This document shows positions 14,226 through 27,808 of a stretch of DNA of 64,000 bases, one piece after another. The stretch covers positions 81,761,809 through 81,825,808 of the forward strand of contig NC_068990.1 in the NCBI RefSeq assembly GCF_001194135.2, in the 5' to 3' direction. The notes beneath the pieces are model-generated. The model was given only the letters and a program-made list of their open reading frames with translations. It ran no database searches and was not told the origin of the DNA. The stretch is from Octopus bimaculoides (lineage: Eukaryota). Position 1 is the stretch's first letter. Every line of letters starts with the position of its first letter. The position numbers were made by a program, and so were the translations under genes.

Positions 14226-16697
14226 CTATAATGACATTTAATACTTTAGAACTTACTACTTCTCTTTACTTTTCAATCTGAATTTCTTAAGGCAAAAAGG
14301 AAATGTTTAATTTCTTTTTTTTAAATGATCAAAACTGAAAGTTGAAAGGGTTTTCAAGATGCTACCCCAAAGAAGCTGTTTTCTGCAATTGTTTTTATGC
14401 TTGCAGAAACTAATTTACATTACATTGTATTTGGTTATCATATTTTCTATTAATTAATAACTGGTTTATATAAAGTTATAGATCGGTTTTGTTAATTTGC
14501 ATTTTACTTTAGTAAATGGTTTGTACTTATGGTTCCATGCCTCACATTTCTGGGATCAGTTTTATCGTTTGTTCGTCTGTGTTGACGAAATAAATACTAG
14601 CATCACCCAGTATCCACTTATTCAATGATTATTCATATCTCTTTTACAAATGTGAACTTCTATTTAAGGGAGAATGCTACTGAATTTTTATTTTAGTCCC
14701 TTTTTGCATTTCTTTACTTTTTAACGTTTTAAAAGTAAGGGTGTTCATAAAATGTCTTACTTTAATATATCTCCTGAAATGGTAGAATAGTTGTAATGCT
14801 ATTCAAATTATAGTCAATGTATGGAAATGAGTGATTGTTTAATGATTATTGTCAAATTGCCAAAAGAATTTCCGAGTACTTCTATTCATCATAACATTGA
14901 TTTGCTATGCACTTGAAAGGAAGCTAAACGGCATTGGTGCCAAGATTATACAGTGAAAGAGAGGAAGATGGAAAGCTTCTTGCCTCTAAATTAGAAAGAA
15001 AGAAAATTCATTTTGATGATGCGAAGAGACGAGATGTAGAAAAATATTAAAATAAGGATGTTGGGAGAGAAAAATATTTGGAGACAGATGGTTTCTAGTC
15101 CATGTAATCTTGGAAGAATGCTTGCTAAATCAATTGATAATGGTATTTTCTATTAGATTTCAATTTATACATTTACTTCATGTTCCCTTTATATTCTCAA
15201 ATCCTTTATAAAAATGTCTTTTTTAGCATTCCTTTTTAGAATAATCTCTGTTATCTGAGTTATTAAAAAAGAAAACTCAATCTACTTCTTAAAACATATT
15301 TGATTCAAATTGCAATTCCGCTGTTATTTTTATGTTAATGTCATGTGTATAAAACAAATTACACTTTGCATATTTTTTACACACAGCTTCAGATGTCTTC
15401 TGAGAGCTGATGAAATTTATAAAAGCTATTATTCAGTAGCTAACTCATGCGAATATAAACCTATTTTTGATTCTTAAATCTCATTTACATTGATCAATTT
15501 GTTTCTTTGTGAAATATTTTAAATAAAGCTTAATGTTTAAACAAATCAATTTGAAGAAGAAATCCCATCATCTGCCATTAACTTTCTGTTTCTTTGGAGT
15601 TCTATAATTTCTTAACATGGTTCATTCCCTTCCCCATCAAAAATATAGAAGCTAAAAAAACTGAAATTTTATACTGAATTGCTGTTGAAGTAAGTCATCT
15701 TAAGAAATAAGGAATTTTCCTATCACCCCTGTAAGGGTTAACAACTTTTATAATTTCATAATGAAGTTGTTCCAAGTAAATGTGACATAGAGAATTTAAA
15801 GGGTTTTCTTGGCTGCAAAAGAAATCCTGTAATGGATGTGATAGTTGTTATTGGTGTTGAATTGCTCTGGTCATCTTTGTTTAAGTAGATTTATGCAGTG
15901 ATAATACCCAACTGAACTTTTGTTTGTCATTTCTGGTTGTTGCTATCCCAACTTATTCTGGACTACTAAGATTTAGAATTTTAAAGGCAGAAAGCTAGGT
16001 TTTTGGTGGAATTTCAACTGCTATGTTCAGCAACCACATTGACTAAACTGAAACTTCTTTGCTAATTTACTTGAGTGCAGTTTGTGCCCATAAACTATCA
16101 GGTTATTAAGAATGAAATGTCTGATTTTGAACTGAAAGATTATATTACTTTATCTCAACAAAAAGTTCGCTTTTATGCTGTGATGCAAAGGACAGCAAGT
16201 TTCAAGACAACATGTCATTTGATACTTGTACAGTTGCGGTGGTATCCACTTGTCCAGCTTCTTTATTTTGCCGATTTGTTTCAGATGGTCCAATACAGTT
16301 GGAATCGAAACATTAAACCTTACTGCTAACTCACATGTAGTTTGAGTAGTATCCACTTCCACTACAGTTTCCAACTCATGGTTATCCACCTTGGGCTCAG
16401 GTCTACCATAGGGCTGATTATCATGAGCAAAGTCACCAGACCGGAACTTCTCAAACCATCAATGTATGTGTGCTCAATCGCCACATCTTCACCAAACACA
16501 TGGGATGCATTGGTTTCATGACAGAACTAATATTCATAAACGACATGAATTTTTTATCTATCCATGGGTTCACAAAAATTGATTTACAAGAGAAAACTCA
16601 CAATATAATCAGACACCATGAATTGCTTTTTTAAAAAAAGTGATGATGTAACTCTGCAATGTTGTAAAACAAAAAATTGTCTGGATAAAACATTAGA

Positions 16698-16751
16698 GTT
16701 AACAGTTCTGAAGAAGGCTGGAGGGTATATCAGCTGAAACGTTGTGTTAAC
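16698..16751 (+). ncRNA. Candidate minimal hammerhead ribozyme motif
   Basis: CUGAAGA (16708-14), stem II GGCUG/CAGCU, GAAA (16736-39), palindromic ACGU, and imperfect stem I GUUAACA/UGUUAAC. Confidence 0.4.
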
Positions 16752-16803
16752 AACAAACAAGATGAGGACAAATATCCGTCGAATGTAAATAATGTAAATA
16801 ATG
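16704..16803 (+). mobile_element. 100-bp Penelope-like terminal fragment inserted in the mariner
   Basis: Flanked by the 12-bp direct repeat ATTAGAGTTAAC (16692-16703, 16804-16815). Has a CTGAAGA...GAAACGTT motif and a (TGTAAATAA)n tail. Confidence 0.6.
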
Positions 16804-16906
16804 ATTAGAGTTAACGACTGTCAAACTTGGTGTATAAGAAAATCAGATGTTTCATTCTTAATCACCTGATATTTTGTTGTCCGACTTAAGTGACATATTT
16901 TATATA

Positions 16907-17102
16907 TACAGTAGTCCCTCAACTACGGTGGGTGTTACATTCCAAAACCTCCCGCAATAGCCGAAAATCCTTGAAGTAGAAACAGTATTGTGCTGTATAT
17001 TTTTTAAAATTATAAATGCAAAACAACACCATGGATGAATCGACGTAAGCTTGAATGGTGAACCGCGATAGGTGAACCGCAATATGGCAAGGAATTACTG
17101 TA
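16907..17102. mobile_element. pogo/Tigger-like MITE
   Basis: TA-CAGTAGTCCCTC ... AAGGAATTACTG-TA: imperfect CAGT-type TIRs with a TA target duplication, about 190 bp and non-coding. Confidence 0.7.
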
Positions 17103-18783
17103 CTAGTTAACAAGTTAGGTTAGTGATTGATAGCAGTCAAATTATTAATCATTATAATCTTTAGTTACCTCATTCTCAAAATATTTTATTTAAAAAGTGT
17201 TATGTAGATGTTGCTTTATTGAGACAAATTATCAGTGCATACTTAATGCTGTGTAGATATTTGGTGAATACACTCTCTTGGACAAAACTAATAGAAACAA
17301 AACAACTATCAACTTTTCATTTCTGCTGCTGAGAGGTCAAGAGACCATATGATGGTATAATAATGATAGGAAAGCTAAATGAATTTAACTGATTCTTGCT
17401 TAAAGGAACAGGTTAAATTTAAACAGGGATTACTTAATATGTAGACATATTGAGTGTAGAATAGGATACAGTTAAGAAAATCACATTATTCATCTATTTA
17501 AAAATTTAAAAAACCAACCTGTGATACAGGTGATTTTTATTGTAGAAAGCTGAAAGCAAACATTGAAAACCATTGTGATTTGAAATATAATGTTGGTGTG
17601 TGTGTAGGTAAGAACTGACTTAAGTTTTGTTCAGTTATCAATCATATAGATTAGAGATAAGATAATTAGAAGGTGAATATCAAGAATACTGAATCATAAT
17701 ATGTTGTGCTTGTCAAAATGCAGACCTTGGATAATCGATTTTTACTCTATTGATCAGGCTTCAAATAACATTGTTATCCTTTACCACTTTGTTGTCAAAT
17801 ACTACAAAGGCAATTGTTCAGTTATATGAAGTCAAAATATTAGATAGTGTTTCACTGAATTGATATGGTTTGACATTACCATTGCAATATTAACCTTTGT
17901 AACATTATTGTCAAGTATTATAGAAGCTGTGATAAATATATACATAGAGAAGACAGAACTGGGTGAAACTGATTCTAATTGTAGTACTATACACAACAAA
18001 CAATAGTTATTGAAACTATGAACAGTTGCTGTGATATATACTATTTTTGGAACTGTTGCAAAGTTACTTAGCACTTTTTTGACTATATTCCCAATGCCTA
18101 CATGCTTAAATTAATATTTATTATAATCAGAATTTGGAGGAATTTGCTAAAATTATCTGTTATGTTAGATATTGCTTGTTGTTGTTTTTGCTTAGCCCTA
18201 GTTTGGTGCTGATTGAGCTATCAAAAACATTCTAACCATGACCACCCTGTCTTATCAGCAACAACAGTCTACAATGCTTCTTTCCTTCCTTCTTTTCTGT
18301 CTTTTTATTTTTTGGCTGTTATGTTGGTGTTGTTCAAATAAATTTTCATACCATTCATGCTATCATGAAATTCTCATAGAGATTTCAATTTAAATAGAAT
18401 TCAGTGACCCTTTTGATACAGAGTGTCTCAAGTGAGTTGGTATTATAAAGGATACGTCAAAAGCTCTATCACACAGTGATATATTCTGCTAGCCATTACT
18501 ATATGTAATGATACTTTCTCAGTATGATGAAGATATAACTGAAGAATTTAATATTAATCTATAGATTTTTACCTCTTTGTTTAAGTTTTTTGGTTTCCAG
18601 ACCTTTGTATGAAAACTACTTTGGGGATATTAATTATAAACTTAGTCTGCTGCATCTCATGAACAAATAATTAAAATTTGTAGAGATGAAATGTTAGGCA
18701 TTTCTTGCAATGGTGACATTACTTAAATAGTGTACTGTCTTTATAGAAAGTATGCAACTAATGTAACTGTAGGAAGTTGATAT

Positions 18784-19700
18784 TACAAGGAGGTATCAAA
18801 AACGTTCAAGGACTAGATCTGTTTTATAAAAATTGCTTATTTACCTAAGTTTTAACATCATCTCCTTCAAAATAATTACCTTGCGCAGCAATACACTGGT
18901 CCCAGTGTTCCTGCCACTTTTGGAATCTGGTCTGGAAGTTGTTTTCCATAAGTGAGTCGAGGACCTTGTGTGATTCATTCTGGATCTTGATACTGGTGTT
19001 AAAAAGGTGACCTTTTAGCTGAATTTTCATCTGAGGAAAGGGGTGGAAGTCCACAAGTGCTAAATCTGGTGAATAGGGTGACTACAGAAGTGATACCATG
19101 TTTTTGGTGAGAAACTCACAAATGAGGAGGGCTCAATAACAGGCTGCGTTATTGTCGTGAAGAATCCAGTTCTTCAAACTCCACAGACCCAGTGGCTTTT
19201 GTCAAATGTCCTCCCTCAAAAGCTTCAAAACGTTGTGGTAGAACTCTTGACTGATGGTTTGGCCCTGGGGGATGAATTCTCGATGCACAATACCACATTT
19301 CTGGGGGTGATGTTTGTGGTAGGTTTTCCAGATTGCTCGTCGTTCTCCAGGGACATTCTTCTGCTTTAAAGCACCTGTGCCACTCGAAACATTGCATGTG
19401 ACCCATTCCCTCATCCCTGGAAGCTTGCCAAAGCATGCTCAATGTCTCTGTAGCAGACTTCCCGAGTTTAATGTAAAATTTCACATTGGCTTTTTGTTCC
19501 TGTCCATGACAAAATCGCAGACTACAGCATACATGTGATCACAAAAACACATATTTCACAACTTGCAAAGTAAGCACAGTGATTTCACCCAGAACACTGC
19601 CTCGTGAAGGTCACTGCTAGCTCTCATTGTGCACACAGTCTTGTACTGCTGTCTAATTCACTATAGAACTAGTCCGAGAACTTTTTGATATCACCTCATA
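18784..19700 (-). mobile_element. Internally deleted, frameshifted mariner (second family)
   Basis: Degenerate TIRs (tacaaggaggtatcaaaaacgttcaaggactag versus tatgaggtgatatcaaaaagttctcggactag). Minus-strand pieces KFYIKLGKSATETLSML, GIVHREFIPQGQTISQEFY, SPYSPDLALVDF (YSPDLAP-like) and FQKWQEHWDQCIAAQGNYFEGD. Confidence 0.92.
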
Positions 19701-20539
19701 CGAAGGCTTGTCTCTCTCTAATTATTACCACTTTATTATTTTATCTTCCAATTATGTAATTATCGGAACTGAAACAAAAGTAATTTTACTAAAACAAAAT
19801 GTGTAGGCTAATTGTATAAGATTGTTGGATCTGTATTAACAAAGTAAACCATATATACAGCATGCATTGGTAATGTATATAACAATTATTTGTATAACAG
19901 TTGTTACAGTTAAAGACCTCTTTTATCTTAAACATATTATATTCAATTACAGAAAAGTGAGATATATTCAGAAACAGGTCCCCATTTTGTGTGTGATTTG
20001 GTTGAATGAAACTTGTAGTTGCTAGTCATGCCAGATATCTGTTTCACTAGTTCAGTCATGACTAATGAGGCAGTAAAGACTAAAGTTTAGATTATTTTAT
20101 TTGATCAATCAGAAATAAACTAACTAAATCTTAACACATCCACAATTGTTAGGCAGCTGTTTCTTCAGTGATGGTTTGAATGAGTTGACAATAATGCAAA
20201 CAATTTTAGTATGTCGGAATGAATACAAGTCCCTACTACCACCAGGGAAATGATGTTCTCAGAATGCAGAAAGTAATAGAAAGTCCATATGGTATGTTCA
20301 TTTTAAACAATAGACATGCAAGGTGTGTAATGAAGCTATAGGCAAACTAATAGTGAAAGTAGATTACACATATAGTGAGTGAACAGAAGGTTGAATAGCA
20401 ATAGATTCTCTCAAATGCTTAGTTGTTCCCTAGTTGATACTTTCTAGATGACCTAACCATCAGTGCATGAGATGTAGAAGCTTAGTTGTCAGAATAGGAG
20501 TAGTTTGGTAAAAGACCAACATTTGTTTCAAAATACCTA

Positions 20540-21800
20540 AGTGAACTGGTCTTTCCAGCACTGTGTCACCAATCCTTATAAGGCTTAGCATCCTGAGATT
20601 AGTCTTCACCATTTCATTCCAAGTTTTCCCAAGAATCCCTCTTCAACAAGATTCATTCATTTTGAATGCTCTCCTTTGCTTTGTACAGCTTTTATATCCT
20701 CATTTATATTATATCTGTACAATATCAGTCTTCTCTTGCACTCTTGTTTCCTCTTATGTCCAGGTTTTCTCTCATCTCATTTGTGCTCAACCATTCATAT
20801 CCAGCAGATGATGCTTTTTCATCTCTTTCTAGTCTTTGAAAATCTTATGCATTCAAGGTCCATATCTTACTATTTTGTAGTATCACATTTCATACACCAA
20901 CAAAATACAATCTGCCCATTGCTCAGAAGAAGAATCCCTTTATTACTTGCAGAAATAATTGCTCGTGAACTTTTTCCATCCTATTTTTACTCTAGTTTCT
21001 GCACTTTCAGAACAGCTGGTCTTAAACTCCTCTGTTATGGCTATTTTTCTACACCTAATTTCTGTAGTAACCACCAGGTTACAGAGTATAAACCATGTTG
21101 GATGCCTTCTCCTAATCAACTAATGACAGGTACACTTAGCTAGGTATTTCTGTAGTTATCTCACCAGGAAGAGGCTCTCAAATGCATCTCTTCCTGCACA
21201 AAACTGAACTCCATCTCATCTGTTCCTTATTAATTGTTTTTTGGTAACTCCCCTGTGTCCTTATAGCAGTTGATAATGATACTGCTATACCAGTCATTGG
21301 ATATGGCGCACTCCTATACTAGTTGACCAACTTGATGTGTGACTAGCTCATAACCTACATTGCCATTTTTCAGCTTTTCAGTGACTATACCTGATGCTCT
21401 AGCTACCTTTCCTCTCTTCATATCTTTATTCACTCTATCTACCATATTTCTGTTAACCTGTGGTAGTTGATCCCAGATTTAGGTTTACTTTGTGGTAAGC
21501 CCTCCTTCTGGTTTGTATTCTTTTCATTTAACAGTCTCTCATAACAGCATTTGCCAGCTGGTGATAACGGTTTTGGTAAAAGCAAGTGTATTGCTTTCAT
21601 TCCAAATACACTTTTTGATGGTGTCTTCATATTCTCTAGTACACAGTCTTGCAATTCAGAACACTTATATGTCTGAAAGAATTAAATGTATGGTTTCAAG
21701 TTGTGTTTCACAGATTCTAGATCATGATATAATCTTTTACAGTGCCCTACCGTTTACACCAATGTTGAGATTTCTCATCCTTGTCTTTCTTGAATACATT
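20540..21800 (-). mobile_element. Degraded RTE-clade LINE
   Basis: Minus-strand remnants DWYSSIIINCYK (about 21240-21295), RVKIGWKKF (about 20965-20995) and KTWNEMVKTNLR (about 20590-20630), in the expected order. Confidence 0.7.
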
Positions 21801-23097
21801 TTACCAACATTTCTACTCACATAGTTTTAGAATTTTGTGAAAGGCTTTATCCAGTTCCACAAATGCTTGGTGTAGTGATTGTAAACTCACCAGACCATTC
21901 TTTTAGATGCTCTATACTTAATTAATATGACCTGCCTTTTTTTTTTTCTTCCAAATCTGAAACTCTTTCCAGAGCAAAGGTTATCTTCTTTACAATGAAA
22001 TATGACTACAAAATATTGTTTTCATGCTTTTAGTCATTGGATTGTGACCACAGTGGTTTCTGCTATGATAAAGAGTAAATTGATATAATCAATTGAAATA
22101 GGCTGCTTCTTATTGTATTGGCCTGGATGGGATTTAAATTCAGAACACTATGATATAATTAAATACCATAAGGTATTTCATCCGATGCTCTCAGGATTCT
22201 GTCACTCCTTTTTTGTTTTTTTTTTGTTTTTTTTTCCCTTGTTTATGCTTACTTAAATTCTTTGATTTCAAAGATATGGTAGCCAATTTCTGTTTAGTAT
22301 TTTTATATGTTTGGTTTTTAATCTATCAAAATTGACCCCCATATCTGATTGCAGAATTTTTTTTATAAATTAAAGTAATATTTATGTGTATTAATTGAAA
22401 TATATCAGAAATTCTGGATCTGTCAAATAGTATATATTTTCCTTCTTGAGTGTTTCCAACTTGAGAGATTATACACAAACAATTTATCCATAGCAACTAT
22501 TTCATCTTGGTGAACGTGAATCACTTTCGATCTCTGTAGGCCGTCATCCTACAACAGCAATTTGTATTGTTTATTCTTTATTTATACAGTTGCTTTGTTG
22601 TATCAAAGCAAAAACCCACCTCAATTGCTGCTAATTCTAAACCACTCAGCAGCACAACCCACACTTTTCCATTCCTGCAACCCATTCAATCATACATCAA
22701 CGACAATACTTGTCATGTTCTACAACACTAGATCACAGTCAAACAATTATTAGCCTATACAAAATGGAAAAGAATTTTGTCACCTGTCTTTCTAGTCAAC
22801 CCTGCTCTGTATCAATCATATTGCTTCTCTTAAAATCTTTTTCCTCATATTTTAGTTCTGCTGTAAGCAAGACTTCCTTCTATGCCAGTTTATTACAAGA
22901 ATACAAGATTGCTTTCTGTTAATCTTTACCAACTCTCCTTCAATTGCTAATGCATCTGGTTTGGAATTATTAATTCCCCCTACACAAATCTCAACTCTGC
23001 CTACTCAGTACTGAAGAAAAATCACTTTGCTGTATCTTTCTGTCCCAACCACTCTTCTTGTAGGTTTTTTTGTTCTCAGTTTTTCTTGATCTTATTA

Positions 23098-23153
<56 letters not shown>

Positions 23154-23719
23154 CCATTTATTTATATTTCCCCACAGCTCTTGTGTTTCTCTTAGTGATT
23201 TCTCTTATTAATACTACTACTACTACTTCCAATAATAATAATAATAATAATAATGGCAACAGTCTTTCTCTTATGGTTCTATAAAATTCTCGATATTTCA
23301 TTAGTGCTATGTTATTTTCTCTTATCTTGGCAATTACATTTTTTTATAACTGTACAAAAGAAATATCAAAATCAATGCACTAGATGTTAATTAATCCAAA
23401 TTATATTATTTGAATAATTGTTTCTGAAATGTTTTTCATAGTATTAGTCTTATTTTATTTTATTTCATTTTTCTTTGACTTTTCTTTAAATTCTGAATGG
23501 ATAATAATTTTCATTTCCAATACCATCTCTGAATTAGAAAAATATTTCTTTATGATTCAAGAGTATGGTATATAAACAGTTTGCATATTTTGTGTATGAA
23601 GGAAATGTTCAGATTCCACTTAAATTCTATGGCCTTCCACTTTGAGAGTGTTATTTATTGTGGATTTTGCCTTCATTTTAACAAGATTCTTTCTTTGTCA
23701 TAATCTACTTCCTTTTAGA

Positions 23720-23820
23720 AGATTTTTAACTTCACAAGAAACATTTTCAGATTTTTAACTTCACAAGAGACATTTCCTAATTTTAACTTCACAAAAAATC
23801 CTTTCCAAATTTTTAACTCT
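23720..23820. repeat. About 29-bp minisatellite, about 3.5 copies
   Basis: Unit agatttttaacttcacaagaaacattttc, decaying to the right. Confidence 0.8.
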
Positions 23821-23894
23821 TGATAATATTTCAAGCTGTTGTTATCAAGTCTTAAGCCATTATCAAATAATCTTATGATCAAATCCATGGTATT

Positions 23895-24306
23895 CTTTTT
23901 TTTTCTTTTATTCTTTTACTTGTTTCAGTCATTTGACTATGGCCATGCTGGAGCACCGCCTTTAGATAAAACTGATCGACCTCGGAACTTATTCTTTGCA
24001 AGCCTAGTACTTATTCTATCGGTCTCTTTTGCTGAACCGCTAAGTTACAGGGACATAAACACACCAGCATCGGTTGTCAAGCGATGGTGAGGGGACAAAC
24101 ACAGACGCACACACACAAATGCATACACACCAATACATACATACATATATATATATATATATGACAGGCTTCTTTCAGTTTCCATCTACCAAATCCACTC
24201 ACAAGGCTTTAGTCCTAAGGCTATAGTAGAAGACACTTATCTTAGGTGCCATTCAGTGGGACTGAACCCAGAACCATGTGGTTGGGAAGCAAACTTCTTA
24301 CCACAC
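23895..24306 (-). mobile_element. tRNA-derived SINE family A, near full length
   Basis: Colinear with 4562-4940. Head includes the reverse complement of ggttctgggttcagtcccactg (B-box-like). Confidence 0.85.
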
Positions 24307-25219
24307 CTGTCTAAGACCCTTATATCCAGTGTATCCTTTTGAAAGGTAGGGTTTAATTTGATGGGGATTTAATTTCTGTTAAATGAATTTTATTTTGTGT
24401 CTTTTCTTAATTAAAAAAATGAGTTTCTTAAAACAAAAACACGTGTTATTTCCATATATTAACTGTTTTCTTGATAATTAATCTTAGCTAGATTAAAAAA
24501 AAAAAGAAAGAAAATTGTTCTATCAGTTATATATATTGAAACACACATTCATTCTCACAAAGGTTTGTGTAAAGAAAGCGTAATATGTAGTGGAGTTCAT
24601 TCATTAGAAGCTGGTGGATCACTTTATTGCTAAATTTCTTAATTGAGAATTCATTTGATTGACAAAGATACCCCCCCCCCCCCTTATCAACTAAATGGAT
24701 GCAAAATGCCCAGAAACTCAGAGTAAAGATGAAGTAACTCAGTTTCTTTTATATGTGTGTGTGTACATCTTTTGTAAATTTGCATAAATTATTTCTGTAC
24801 ACATTTCTGCAGAGATGTTTTTGTCTACAATTATATGAATGGAAGTTTGTAACTGCTATTGTTTTCAGTAAATACCAACCACTTTCTCATTCATTCAGCC
24901 CAATGACAAATCAATAAAATAGCCAATCTTTCCTCTTCTTTCTTACTTTCATCACAAATGGTAGTTTAGGTGAATCTTTTCTTCTATATCGAAACTATTT
25001 TTGGCAACTTCCAAGTTCAAATCCTGACATGGTCAGCTTTGTCGTTCATCCATTTGGTATTGATGAAATAAAGTCCTCTCAAATTTCTAGCCTTGTGTCT
25101 GTTAAGAACAACTGTTGTTCCCTTTTATTCTAATGAGCCCCGTCACAATAATATAGTTACTGGGATTTAAAGGGTGGGGAGAATATCTTGGTGGGTAATT
25201 TGACCATGATACTCATGTG

Positions 25220-25335
<116 letters not shown>

Positions 25336-25998
25336 AGAGATATTCATAATTGCTTGCTATGAGTAATTGTTTAATTATGCACTGTCAAAACCTCCCCTTA
25401 CTTCTTGCAAATTTTGAAGTATTTTACAGTTTTTTTTTCACAAAATATATTTAATCAATTTATTAGCCATTGTATGTATATGAATTAATTTGGCTTTAAA
25501 ACATTGTGTAATTAAATATTATATGGATGGATGGATGTGCGTGTGTGTGTGTGAAGTAAATAAAATATACAGTCGTTAACAATTTCAATATGTTTTATGT
25601 TATTGTACACGGTATTTCTTCCTTTGATTCGTTTGTTCAATTTTATTAATCTTCATATTGCAGGGTGGATGGTGGTTTTTTTTTATTTGCTTTTGTAAAG
25701 TTGATGTTACCACTAATACTACTATTACTATTACTTGTATCTATTGGAAACACTGTTGTGGCTATTCAGAGACAGTGAGTCATCTCTGCCACTTCATAAC
25801 AGTCCAGAAAAGAATAACTCTTACATGAACACTGTCTCTCACTCTCTTCACTCATTCATACACTCACTCACTCACTCTCATTTTCCCTCTCTTTCTCCTC
25901 CTCTCTCTCTTAGACAAATCAGTAATGTTTCAGTTTAAGATGAAGGGCAGTGTTCATGTTGTCATCAGTATGTGGGATTTGAGTTTTTTTAGAATTAC

Positions 25999-26050
<52 letters not shown>

Positions 26051-27570
26051 CTTATGTTAATTATTGGGTTGCATTATTTAGCAAAATTACTATGACTCTT
26101 TACTTTCTGGGTTTTGTCAAGGTCAACTTCACCTTTGATCCCTCTGGTTTTGATAACAAATAAAGTACCAGCCAAGTACTAATGTGTAATTGACCCTAAT
26201 CTTCTCCCACCAAATACATGTGCTTGTATAAATGCTAGAAATGAAGCCCTTCTCAGATTAATTTTATCTAGAAGGTATTATCTCCCCCTATGATAGTTGA
26301 CAACCAAGGGTATATCAGGTATTTCATGGATCTTGGTATTTTGTTAGTATTTTTGAAATTTGGTGAGAGTAGTATTTGAGAATTGGATGTTGTTATCTAC
26401 TTTAGTTGATTATAAAATAATAAGTGTATTGGAAGTGGGGTTAGAGAGTAGAGCAATGAACTAAATATATCTTAGGGTATTTAGTTTGATTCATTTAAGT
26501 TTTGTGTTCCTATCATAATGTTAGAATCATTCTTCCGGGGATGATAAACTAATGTACCAGTGATATAGTTAAGAAAAAAAAAAAGATGTAGGACCATTGA
26601 TATAATACAAATTATGTTTGTTAATACTGATTACACATTCACTACTATAACATGCAGAAGGGAGCTGGCTATATGCATGAGCTCTTGTATCACTTCAGAA
26701 TTGACCTTGATATGTGATTTTGGTTAGAACATTATTTCCCATGTAGATCCAGATACCAGAAATTCTACAAAGGTCTTATCTTTTAGAAAAGGAGACTAAT
26801 CCCTCTTCTAATTCAAACTTAAAACTGGAGCTAAGCAATGCATAGGGGTACATTTTGAATCACCCCACTACATTAATCTCTACAAAATAAACCTTTAAGA
26901 ACTAAATTATTATATAAATATTAGGAAGTTTTTAAGTTTAATTTCTAGACCTCTAATAATCCCCAGTTTCATGTCTGTCAGTTCCATATGTATGAAGTGC
27001 ATGTCAGGGACAGTATCCAGTGTAACGTATCTACTACCTTTGATCAGCCCAACATGCTAAACTTTAATGTCGCTGCTAGTGAATTAATTATTATATATAA
27101 TTTTTTTATTTACCTTTTAGCCTTTTAGAATAAAATGGATGATGAATTGCATATCAGTAAAACAAGACTTATTTCAATTGTTTCTCTCGTGAAAATTGAC
27201 CTTGTGCCTAATGAAAAGAAATCAATATTTGATATTACTTTTCACACTTCCAGGTTTGTTAAATAAAAATACAGTGATATAGATATTATCAACTATTCCT
27301 TCTCCTAAAATGCTTGACCCCATGCCTTGATTAGAAATCAATATTTTATGTCATATTTCATCCTTCCAGGGTTGATAAAATAGGTACCAGTTAAGTACTG
27401 AAGTTGGTAGTATAAATCCAATGTTGCTACTTCCCAAATTTGTAGCATTGAATCTATGTTAGAAATTTATTTTCTGATGGAGGGTATTTCTTATAAACTA
27501 AGCTATAGAAAATTCAGAGTAGCAGAAATGAAGATCATTTCCATTTCAATGTATTATTATCATTGCTATT

Positions 27571-27808
27571 AAGGTGGCGAGCTGGTAGAATTGTTAGCAT
27601 GCCAGGTAAAATGCTGCTAAGCATTTTGTCTATCTTTACATTCTGAGTTCAAATACCAATAAGGTTAACTTTGCTTTCATCCTTTGGGGGTTGATAAAAT
27701 AGGTACCAGTTGAGTACTGGAGTTGATTTTAAATGACTTAGCCCCTCTCCACAAATTTCAGGCCATGTGCCTATAGTAGATAAGGATTATTATTATTATT
27801 ATTATTAG
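27571..27808 (+). mobile_element. SINE family C with conserved central domain and (ATT)n tail
   Basis: tRNA-like head, then ctttcatcctttggggggttgataaaataggtaccagttgagtactgg, reminiscent of Meta/Nin-type SINE cores (assignment from memory). Partial copies near 25010, 26090, 27340 and 53900, and inverted at 46265. Confidence 0.7.

Larger units (their letters stand above)
16096..16871 (-). mobile_element. Internally deleted mariner (Tc1/mariner) with both TIRs
   Basis: 33-bp inverted termini including TA (tatcaggttattaagaatgaaatgtctgatttt and aaaatcagatgtttcattcttaatcacctgata; 3 mismatches). Minus strand reads WFEKFRSGDFAHDNQPYGRPEPKVDNHELETVVEVDTTQTTCELAVRFNVSIPTVLDHLKQIGKIKKLDKWIP, the mariner HTH and WVPHEL-type region. 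The catalytic domain is missing. Confidence 0.92.

Noticed and set aside
22520-23070. C/A-rich stretch as a Penelope or CR1 fragment
   Set aside because: No diagnostic motif could be read in any frame.
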